Shown here: piece after piece, positions 27,013-37,900 of the stretch | How the letters are laid out: each line of letters starts with the position of its first letter | How positions within the stretch are numbered: position 1 is the first letter of the stretch | DNA from: Rubripirellula sp. | GTDB lineage: Bacteria > Planctomycetota > Planctomycetia > Pirellulales > Pirellulaceae | Length of the DNA stretch: 64,000 nt | NCBI GenBank assembly: GCA_965216875.1 | Contig: OZ244207.1 | Coordinates: 3,168,001 to 3,232,000, forward strand | Reading direction: 5' to 3' | The notes under the pieces: model-generated | Seen by the model: the letters and a program-made list of their open reading frames with translations, nothing else | The model's database searches: none | What the model was told of the DNA's origin: nothing | Program-made: the position numbers and the translations under genes

Positions 27013-28875
27013 ATGAGAAAGGGGCTCTACCCAGCCGCTGTCGTTTTTTTGCTAGCCACTCCACTTGCAGCACAATCGGACCCGCACGAGACCGTCCCAG
27101 CGTGGGCCGCCGACGCGGTCTTCTATCAGATCTTTCCTGAGCGATTTCGAAATGGTGATCGCAACAACGACCCGATCTTCGATTCAATCGAATACCGATC
27201 CTCCGTTTCTTCGACCTGGAAGATCTCGCCTTGGACAGCCGATTGGTACAGCCGCCAACCGTGGGAGGTCGCATCCGGAGACCACTTCTTCAACAACGGT
27301 GTGTTTCACCGGCGCTACGGTGGCGACTTGCAAGGAGTCATTGATAAGCTCGACTACCTAAGCCAGCTTGGCATCAACGTCATCTATTTCAATCCGGTCT
27401 TTTATGCGCGTTCGATGCATAAGTATGACGGCAACTCTTTTCACCACATCGATCCTTATTTTGGCCCATCGCCCGAAGAGGACTTTCGGGCCATGGCAAA
27501 GGAGACGGCCGATCCAAAAACATGGCGTTGGACCGCGGCCGACCGCTTGTTCTTGAAGTTGATCCAAGAAGCTCACAGACGTGACATTCGCATCGTGATC
27601 GACGGTGTCTTCAACCATACCGGACGCGACTTTTTTGCATTCGAGGACCTTCACAAGAATCAACAAGCGTCGCCCTATCGTGATTGGTACATCGTCGAGT
27701 CGTTTGATGATCCGAAAACCGAGCGCGATGAGTTCAAGTACGAGGGATGGTGGGGCGTCGAATCATTGCCCGTGTTTGCCGACTCGCCGGACGGCAGTGA
27801 TCTGCACGAGGGCCCCAAAGCATACGTGTTCGATGCGACGCGACGCTGGATGGACCCCAACGGCGACGGAGACCCGATCGACGGCATTGACGGCTGGCGC
27901 CTCGACGTCGCCGCGGAAGTACCGCTCGGCTTTTGGAAAAGCTGGAATGAACATGTCCGACGTCTGAACCCTCATGCCTACACCGTCGCTGAGTTATGGG
28001 GCGATGCAGCCTCGACGCTTGTCGAGGGGAAGTTTTCAGCAACGATGAACTATCAAGGCTTTGCGTTTCTCGTCAAAGGCTATCTCATCGACGGCAAACT
28101 TTCGGCGGCAGACTTTGCAGACCTGTATCAAGAACGACTCGAAACGTTCCCGCAATCGATGCGCCCCGCATTGCAGAACTTGATCGACTCGCACGATACC
28201 GAAAGGGTCGCGTCGATGGTGGTCAATGCCGAGCGGCGTGGAAAGACTCCCTACCGGCAACCCGAGAAATTCGACTATGACGTGGGCGAAAATGCGTCGC
28301 CACGCTACGACGAAGACTACCTGATTCGCAAACCCAACGGCCGCGAGAGGCAAATCCAACGGTTGGTCGCCCTGTTTCAATTCACTGCGGTCGGCGCACC
28401 GATGATTTACTACGGCACCGAAGCAGGAATGTGGGGGGCCGACGATCCCTGCGATCGAAAACCGATGGTTTGGGACGACCTCACGCACGCCCCCGAGACT
28501 TCACACCCCTTTGGCAAACCGCGCCCCAAAGACACCGTGCATTACGACCAGGACCTCGGTGACTACTATCGCAATTTGATCCGACTGCGCCGCGAACACG
28601 CGTCCCTTCGAACCGATGACTTCGTTCTACTTCACGCCGCCGACGATGCATCGACATTGGCGTTTTCAAGGCCGCTCGGCGATCAGTTGTTGGTGGTTGC
28701 TGTGAATCGTTCGACCGATGACAAGACGATCGAGCTCGATTGGCCAACAGGCAAACGATGCGAAAAGATCTTTAGCAGTTCATCCAACGTCGCGGCGACG
28801 GCAACGGTCACCGGAAAAGGCAAAGTCACGCTGCAATTGGGAGGCCTGAACGCCGCTGTCTTTCATGCTCGATAA
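27013..28875 (+). CDS. Glycoside hydrolase family 13 (neopullulanase/cyclomaltodextrinase-like), exported
   Basis: Signal peptide MRKGLYPAAVVFLLATPLAA. Motifs FYQIFPERF, YGGDLQG, HKYD, DGVFNH, GWRLDVA (nucleophile), AELW and DSHD. Confidence 0.92.
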   Translation: MRKGLYPAAVVFLLATPLAAQSDPHETVPAWAADAVFYQIFPERFRNGDRNNDPIFDSIEYRSSVSSTWKISPWTADWYSRQPWEVASGDHFFNNGVFHRRYGGDLQGVIDKLDYLSQLGINVIYFNPVFYARSMHKYDGNSFHHIDPYFGPSPEEDFRAMAKETADPKTWRWTAADRLFLKLIQEAHRRDIRIVIDGVFNHTGRDFFAFEDLHKNQQASPYRDWYIVESFDDPKTERDEFKYEGWWGVESLPVFADSPDGSDLHEGPKAYVFDATRRWMDPNGDGDPIDGIDGWRLDVAAEVPLGFWKSWNEHVRRLNPHAYTVAELWGDAASTLVEGKFSATMNYQGFAFLVKGYLIDGKLSAADFADLYQERLETFPQSMRPALQNLIDSHDTERVASMVVNAERRGKTPYRQPEKFDYDVGENASPRYDEDYLIRKPNGRERQIQRLVALFQFTAVGAPMIYYGTEAGMWGADDPCDRKPMVWDDLTHAPETSHPFGKPRPKDTVHYDQDLGDYYRNLIRLRREHASLRTDDFVLLHAADDASTLAFSRPLGDQLLVVAVNRSTDDKTIELDWPTGKRCEKIFSSSSNVAATATVTGKGKVTLQLGGLNAAVFHAR

Positions 28876-28912
28876 ATCGCATCGCTAAAAAGCCTCGGTC
28901 GGGCACTGCAAT

Positions 28913-28950
28913 AAAAAACCCTCCTGTTGCCAGGAGGGTTGTTTGCTTTT
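28913..28950. terminator. Bidirectional intrinsic terminator between the convergent GH13 and giant-protein genes
   Basis: AAAA-AACCCTCCTG-TTGC-CAGGAGGGTT-GTTTGCTTTT. Confidence 0.85.
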
Positions 28951-28969
28951 CGCGTCTTCTTGATCGAGC

Positions 28970-31900
28970 TTACAGCAGGTCTGCCATCGCCGCATCAATG
29001 GCGTCCGATGAACCCGTGTCGGAACCACCCGACTCGCGACCATTGGCAATCAAGTCGACGACTTCCGCCGCAACCGACTCGACTTCCGACGCGTCGATCA
29101 CTTTCAGAGCATCGGCTTCCGCCAACGAGCTTCCAGGATCAACGGTCGAGCTTGCCAGGTCGGTCCCCGTTGCTTGAGGAGCAACCTGTTCTGGAGCGAA
29201 GGTATCAAGTGCGTTGCGTCGAGCAATTTCGTTGATGACGTTGTTCGCATCCAGAGCCGTGATGCTCAAGCTGCCGTTGACGTCATAGAAGTTCGGCCCG
29301 CGATCCTCTGGCATGACCGGAATTTCGATCGCATCATTTCGGCCAAGATGGTTGATGATCAACAACGCATCCAGTGCGGTCACAAAGCCATCGTCATTGA
29401 CGTCGTGGTTGAGGTCAGGGTTTTGCAACCGGCTGGCCACCACTTGAGTATCGACGGTAGCGATGTTACTTGGACGCCCTTCTTGATCGAAGATGCGATA
29501 GGTAAACGAGTCACGACCAACGAAGCCTGGTTCCGGCACGTATTGGACAATGCCGCCGGCCTGTGGAATCGCTTCACCACGTTGCGGTGGGTTCACGATC
29601 TGGATGCTATCCAAATCGAGTGCTCCATCCGGGTCGATGTCGTTTGCAGCAACATCGATGTCGACAGGCTCTTCAAGGAAGGTGCCGCGAGCGTCGTCTG
29701 CAGCAATCGGGCTCGAGTTCGCCGAAATCGTCACCAGAGCTTGCTGACTAACCGCTTGCAGATCGTCCCGAACGGTATAGCGGAACTGATCCACCTCGCT
29801 GAAGCTGACGAACGGTCGATAGATCAGTGTTCCGTCGGGTTGAATATCAATCGCACCAAACGCAGGCTGAAGCGTGATATCAATCGATCCTGGCAGGATC
29901 ATTCCGTCGACGTCGACATCGTTGTCGAGCGGTCGGATCACCGTCACGTCGTCTGGAACCAAGCCCACTTCGTCGTTAGCGACGATCGGAGCATCGTTGA
30001 TTCCGCTAACGTTCAAGCCGACGGTTACCAATCCGCTTACCACACCAGCGGCGTCACGCACTTTGTACGAGAACGAATCCGCTGCGGTGTCACCTGGCCC
30101 TTGAGCCTGGATCTCGACAGCGTTTGTCGGATCGTAAGTGATGTCGCCGGTTGCCGGATCGAGCGTCACGCGTGCACCGTTGACCGAGAACAGTTCGTTG
30201 TTATCGATCAGAACGGTTAGGTTCTCAAACGGATTGGTCACCAAGTCAGGATCAATATCATTGGCCAACAGTTCGGCCGATGTGATCGTCAGCACGCTGT
30301 CTTCATCGGTATCGAACGAGTCACTCACAGGCACCGGTGGGTCGTTGATTTCGCTAATCGAAATCGTCAGCGTGACCGGGTCGGTCTGACCGCCTTCGGA
30401 ATCGATTGCGGTGACAGCGATTTCAGCCGGACCGGTGGGGTTGTCGGTATTTTGATTCTGTTCCGGAGTGAACCGCAACAAACCTTCTGGAGTGATCAAT
30501 GGCAGATCACGGAAGATGTGCTGGAACTCCGCAGGCGTCGTCACAACGAAGCCGACGGTTTGCGAAGACTCATCATCTGGACCAGGCGAGATGTCGGTTG
30601 CCCAAATCTCGGCATAAGGTCCGTTGTCTTCGGAAATGAAGACATTTTCGCCAGCCGTGAATTCGGGAGCATCGTTGACCGCATCGACGTTGATCACAAA
30701 CGTTGCTTCCATGCTTTCGTTTTCGTCGCCAATCTGGTTGGCATCTGGTCCGGTATCGATCAACACCACCCTGAACGTTGCCACACCGTTCGCATCGGGT
30801 GCGGTTTCGTAGACGAGCGTTGCCGAGTTACCGTTGATCACCGCACGAGGTGGAGTGACAAAGAGGTCTGTATTCGACGAGATTTGCTCGAATTCGAATT
30901 GCAAGCCTTGAGGCGGTACGTTTCCAAGCCCGTTGATTTCATCAACCGCGGTAACCGGCCCAGCTTGAACATTGGTCGCCCAGTTTTCGATACTGACTTC
31001 GCCGTCGTCTTCAGCACTCGTGACGTTACCAGCTCCACTGAACTGAGGTGCGTCGTTCACCGGCAAGACGTCGAACGTCACGGTGTGCGAAGCGATCCGT
31101 GGATCGTCCTCGGCAACGCCTCCGGTACCAACGCGAACCGATTGGCCGTCGTCGGTGACCGTGTAAATGAACGAGTCCATTCCGACAAAGTCTTCGCGTG
31201 GGAAGTAGATCAATCGCGTGATCTGGCCAGTGCCTTGATCGCGTTCGACTTCAATCGTTCCGCCATCAGCACTTGTCGCTGGGATCGGTTGCCCCAACGA
31301 AACCGACTGATTGCCACCGATTTCCGGAGCGATATCGGCCGCTTCATTGTCTGGACCGACAAGGAAGACGTCGAGCAAGCCAGGACTTGTATTGTCACCG
31401 GTCACAAGGATGTCGACGGAACCATCTTCAAGCAATGTGAAGTGCAACGGCGCCGCGGTAGGATCAACCACGGGTGGGTCATTGGTTGGCTGAACATCAA
31501 TCGTCAACGTGACCGGAATCGATCCGTTGATGTCACCACGCTGGTTTGCTCCAGCGTGGTCGCCCAGACCATTGTCTTGCAAGATCAACTCGAAGTCGAA
31601 TTCGCCGAAGACATCCGGAGCGGCCTGGAATACCAGTTCACCGGTGTCACGGTTGATCGACGGAGCGACTTCGAAGAAATCACTGAGTTGACCAGCAGGG
31701 AAGCTGAGTGGATTGACGACGAAGTTAACCGATTGCCCAGTGCTCACATGCACTTCGTCAAACGCTGAAATCGGTGGTCCGGCGTTGATGTTGAAGGCAT
31801 AGTTTGGCACCACAGAAACCGAATTGTCTTCAGGCACTTCAAGGAACGTCGTCGACACCTGGAAGATCGGTGCATCGTTGACAGGATTCAACCGGAGGCT

Positions 31901-34900
31901 CACGCGGTTGGTTGCGGTCAATCGATCTGGGATCAAAGCATCGGCAGCCAAGGACCATGTTTCGCCACCCGTCGTGCTGTCATCACGCACTTCGTAGGTG
32001 AAGGAATCGACGCCACCAAAATCGCTGTTGAAATCAACCGGTGGCCGGTATTCCAAACCGATCACAGTTTGGCCGCTAAAGACAGCTCGCAGCCGTCCAC
32101 CGAGATCGGTCGAGAACTCAGTGTTGTTGCCAACCGAGGCATTCCCGAAGCTGAGCAATTCGAGCACTTGCGACCCACCGGGAACTGCGGCGGCTTCGTT
32201 GGCAGGGCCAACCGTGAAGACGTCCAACAGACCGACTTGTTCATAGCTGCCCGTTTGGGGGCCACCGTTAAGTGGGATGAAGAATCGCTGCGACGTGTCG
32301 CCGCCAAATTGCGTGTTGTCTTCGCGAAGCGTGTAGGTGATCTCGCCCGTTGGCGCGACCGAGTACGCGAGATCCGGATCGGTGTCCGACGCGTCCGACA
32401 AGACTGCCGGCAGCTCGATGCGTGGTACATCGTTCACGGGACGCACGTTGATCGTGACCGTTTGCGAAACCGATTGGGCAGGAACGCCGTTGTCAGTTCC
32501 GGTGATCACATAGGTTGCTTGACCGAACTGATCGGGAGCGGGGAAGACCTCGATAGAGGTGCCTGTGATAATCGGTCGACGCACCATCAATCCAGCAGGA
32601 ACGGAAAGTTCGCTGATCGAGAAGAAGACGTTTTGCAGTGCGTCCTCGTCCAAAGCCGTGCCTGGACCGCCCGATACATTCGTGATGAAGTTGTCGATGC
32701 GGCTCGATTGGAAATCATCACGTTCCAAGACGTCCGACTCGACTTGCACATCAAACACCGGCAGGTCGTTTGCCGGAGTCACGGTCAACGAAACGGTTGC
32801 TGGCACCGAAGTCGCTGGCAAAGTGTCGGGAGTCAGCACATTGCCGACCGGGAACTCGTGAACTCCATTGTCGGTCACCGTGTAGGTGAACGTGTCCTCA
32901 GGAACAAAGAACGGTGCAGTGGAGTTGTAGTCGACCGGTGGTGTGTAAACCGCTTCGGTGAAGAAGCCGTTACTGTCAAAGGTAACCGCAAGTTCGCCGC
33001 CCGATGCCAAGATCAAGGTACCGGTGGTGGTTCGCGTGATGCCTTCGGCGGTGATCGATGTGATGCGCAGATCCGGTGTTTGGATCGACTCGTCATACGG
33101 CGCTGCCAACGTCACATCGCTTGCCGATGCATCCAAGGTTGGGTTCAGCAAGTCGGCTGGTGTGCCGAGCAACAAGTCGTCTTGCAACAAACGAATCTGT
33201 GCCGGAACAACGCTACCGGCAGGCTGTTCAACCGCTTCAACAACATTGAAAGCGCGGTCGACGGCCACAGGCAGGTCGTTGATCGGCTCGAGGAAGATTC
33301 GCGAGATCACCGTCGAGGTCAAAGGCGCGGGGAGCTTTGGTGCGGGATTACCCAACACGTCAAGTTCCGCAGCCTGGTCGATGCCGCTATCGATTGCGGT
33401 GTAGCTGAAGAAGACTTCGCCGTAGATGTCGTCTGCTGGCACAAAGGTCAGGTCGCCAGTGATTGGATTCACGCTGATCGTACCGTGCGATGGATCAAGC
33501 ACCGACGCGGCAATGATGCGCAGTGCACCGTCATTGCCATTGAATCGGCTACGTTCATCTGCAGCCAACACAGGACCTTCTTCGTCGTTTTCGAGCAAGA
33601 ATGCCGCTCGAATGGTCAGCGACTCATCCTCCATAGGCGTCACGACTGGAATGCCGCGAATCACGTGGAATTGAGTGTACGCACCATTTGGATCGGTGAC
33701 GGACACATCATCCGTATCAAGTGCCGGCGGATCGTTCTGTGGCGTCACGCGAATGAACGCGGTTGCCGATGCGGTTTGAGGATCCGGAGGTGTTGGAAGG
33801 GCTGGTGGGATTGGAACCGAAATGCCATCGTCAACAACGGTGAAGATGAACTCGTCATCGAGGAACTGACCAAGGGTCGGTGGCAAGTTCTCACTATTGA
33901 AGTCTTGCGACGGTTGGTAGAGAACTGAGGCAATGTTGCCGTCGGTATCAAAGGTCGCTGACAAAACGCCACCGCGAACCGTTGGAATGCTTGCGGGGTT
34001 GCCGACATCAAGTGTTCGAGTGACACCGCCAACAACGGTCGTGATCGATTGCAAGAAGATCTCTTGGTCACTTTCATCCTGCGGCGGCCCAATCATTGGG
34101 TTGCCGTGTGACGTCGCATCAGCAAGCAGCACGGACGCGTCAATGCGGAATCCGTTGTCGATAACATTCTCTTCTTGAATGTCTTCGATCGTTCGCAAGA
34201 AGGCGTCGCTCACACCGGGAGCATCATTCACTGGCGTGACCGTGATGTTCACGTCGGCAAATTGCAGGAATTGATCAACTTCCGAACCCGAGTTGCGTTG
34301 GGTGCTAACCGAGTAGCGGAACGAATCGGGACCGTAGTAATCGGGATCAGGCGTGTAAGTGAAGTGCCCCAAAGCAGCGTCATCGACACGCACTTGACCG
34401 TGCTCAGTGCGATAGATGACATCCGTTGGATGCGGAATCAACTCACCAGCAATCGTGTATTGCGATTCAACGAACTCTTCGGTGGGCAACACATCATTTG
34501 CAAACAGAGATGGGTGAACACCACCATCGACCGTCAACACGTTGTCTTCAGCCACGGTATAGGTGTCGTCATCAGGAACTGGCTGCACGATGTCGAAGAT
34601 CGTCACGGCGTAGTCTTCGACTTCGCCATTGTTAGCAATTCCGGCAAACGTGCCGCTTCCCTCGGACGAGATCCGGAATCGCGCCCAGGTCGAGCCAACC
34701 GTCGCTGTCGCTGGCGTCGTGACGCGAAGAGGATTCAGGCCATCACTTACTGGAACGCCAGCAAACACATGCTCGTCCAGGTCAAGGAAGTCTCCATCAC
34801 CATTGAAGTCGATCCAGGCGTCCAACAATCCAGCACCGGTGACGGTGATCGGAATCACGGCTCCAGCAGGGTCATTGCGATTCAGGAATGCAACCACTTG

Positions 34901-37900
34901 GCCGGGGTCAACAGTCGAACCATGAATCGAATCGTCTAAGAACAATCCTTCTGTGATCGCGGTACCCACGAACCGTCCGACAGGCACACCATCTTCGTCA
35001 TCGCGTGGGATCAGACTGAATGAACTCGTACCATCTTGATATTCGGCAAGGACGGGCCCATTGTTCTCGGTGACACCTTGCGAAACGGCATCGGACAACC
35101 GGCTGGCAATGTCCTCGATCGTATCGACGCTCAGATCAAACGGAACAGGAATTCGTCCGAGTGAGGCATTGCTGCCTGCAACAACAAACTCGAAAACGGT
35201 TCGTGATCCATCAGCAAACTCAATCGCGAGGTTGTCACCTGCGTTCGGCAGGACATTCAACGTCACGATCGAGCCCGATGGATCGGTGACAATCGTGAAG
35301 GGGCCATCGCCGGCAACACCTTCGTTTCCTTCCACCGTGAACACCGCCGGAATGTCATCATTGCCGACAGGTTGCCCGTTGGCTTCAGAGTCGATGAACC
35401 GCCCTAGTCGAGGCAAGGCGTCACTACTAATCGCGTGTCTTGGTCCATTGCTCGCCGTGAGCGTTGAGTATTGGTCTGGTGCATCACCAAAGTCCAACTC
35501 CACATCAGGCATCACGATTGTGAATCGAGTCTCACCGTTCGCACGATTTGACTGCAAAGGATTGCCCGCGAGGTCCTTGATCGCTTCGATCGGGACGCCA
35601 ATATCTTGCGCCACATCGTTACGGATACTCTGAGCCTCAAATGCTCCATCGAGCAACACGGTGCCACCGCCGCCCGAAATCGGCGAAAGCTCAAGTGGCG
35701 AAAGATTGATCGCTGCGATCAGGCCTGCCGCCGAAGCAGCCGCCGTGAATGTCGGGCTCGGCAAGAAGGTAACCGGAATTGCACCACCACTAATGCCGTC
35801 GACGACGAGCCCCGATGTCACCGGCGAAATGCTGCTGCGAACCTGTTGTGTTCCAGGTGGAATAATTGCGGGCTGCTCGCCGAGCAACACGGTGCTACCA
35901 TCCGAAACGGGATTCAGGTCACCGGCAAAGGCGATCCCAACTTCCGTAGCGATTCGTGCAGCGATATCCGCGGTGTCGCTATTGGCATCCAGCACGACAA
36001 GTCGGCCGGAAACGGGAAGAGTTGGATCCGTCGAGAACGTGAACGACTCTGTCACATTGCCAACGGTCACCTCAAAGCGATTCGCTTCAAGGGAAGCGGG
36101 AGTCGCACCATCAGGGACTGTGATAGAAAGCGAAGCCTCCACACTGACGCTGCCTTCAATTGTCAGCGTCGAGTCAAGCAGGTCGATAACGTCGGTCGCC
36201 GCACCACCAATCAAGACCACATCGTCGACGTTCCGAGCAGTCGGCAAGCCGAGATTGGCTCTGGCAGCTTCCGCAATTGCATTGGCAATCTCACCTGGCG
36301 TGCTGGTCCTTTCAAATGGGATGGCAGTACCGAGGCCGACAGCAGAATTGGAATCGAATTCAAAGATGGTGGTGTTCAAACCATCGTCGTAACTGAATTG
36401 CTGACCGTCTTCGATTCCGGCTGCCGTACCAAAGACTTCCAACCCAACGGCGTTGTCAGTAACGCTATGCCCCGCGAGGCTTCCAATCTGGATGACGTCA
36501 TCACCCACTCTGCGTGGCGCAAGGTCAAGAGCCGATGTGATCGAGGCTGAATCAATCGCATCGAAGATTGCGTCGCGTACTCCGACGATCGTGCCGGCAT
36601 TGCGAAGGTCAACCGGAATACGACCACTCGAAACGGAGCCAGAAAGGTTAATTTCGAACGTACGCGTCGTGCCGTCGGGAGCGGTAATGGTGAAGGTTTC
36701 GCCATCAACAAATCGGTTGTCGGCATCGGTGATTCGCAATGACAACGACGTTGGCACACGTATCGCGTTGCCAGCTTCGAACTCAAAGACAGACTCCGTG
36801 CCATTTTCGTCGACCAGACGAATCTGATCACCATCCCGAATGTCCGGTCCTGGTGCAGTTTCGATTGCAAGGCGATCGCGATTATTCAACGAGACCAAGT
36901 AAACCGCGTCGGGTCGCCAAATACCCGACAGTGGTGTCAGTCGAATGGTCCGGCTCGAAGCGTTGTAGCCGAAGACATAATCAATGCCTTCCTCGAGCAA
37001 TCGACCGCTTTCTGTAATCGAAACTTGGTCAGCGGTGACCGTTTGGGCGTCGGGCCCCGTGCCGATGTTTTCGGAAACGAGTATCTCGAAACTGTCCAAC
37101 GTCCCACGCTGGAGTTGAATGAAGGTGATCTCGGGATCGAGATCAAGGCCGTCGATATCGTTGTCAAGCGGATTCAGAATCGTCGCTTGTGGCCCCACAA
37201 TGTCAGATCGATCAATCGCACCTCGGTCAACAAATACATTCACCACCTGGCCGGGAGTGGTGTTCACATTCTGGTCATGCTCTGCGCCAAAGAGGTCAGT
37301 AGGCGCCGTGATGATTGGACTCAGCCCGATACCAGCGGCAACCTTAACCGTCCCAAAGTCCGTCCGTTCACCGAGGAAAGTGACCGAACTGTCAATCGCT
37401 GCGATCCCATCTTCGAGATAGAAGTTGAACTCCGATGGATCGACAAACGCCGGTGAACCGTCACCAATTTCGACAAACGTTCCGATCGGCACGCCCGTGC
37501 CAACATCGTTGACGTTGTCATGGAAGAACGTGGCACCGATCACAGTACCCGACCGGCTGCTCACATCGACATTGATGCCGGTGTTGGTTTCGGAAACGAT
37601 GTTATTCAACAAGGTCGGGTTCGCCGAATCTTGAACATCAATACCGGTTTGTCCACCAAAGATGGTGTTGTTGACCACACGCACAAACGGAACGGACGCG
37701 ACAGGAACGGCACCCGCTTGACCAGAGATCGAGATTCCGCCCGCACCGTTGCCAGCGAGCACATTGCCACGCAGCACGGCGCCGGGAACGAGATCGTCTT
37801 CGTTCGGCGTAGGCAGGTTGATCACTGCACCCGAGCGAGCGAGCTCCGTTGACGCACGCGGTGAGCGATCGCTGCGATCGCTGCGTCCAGCGTCAATCAC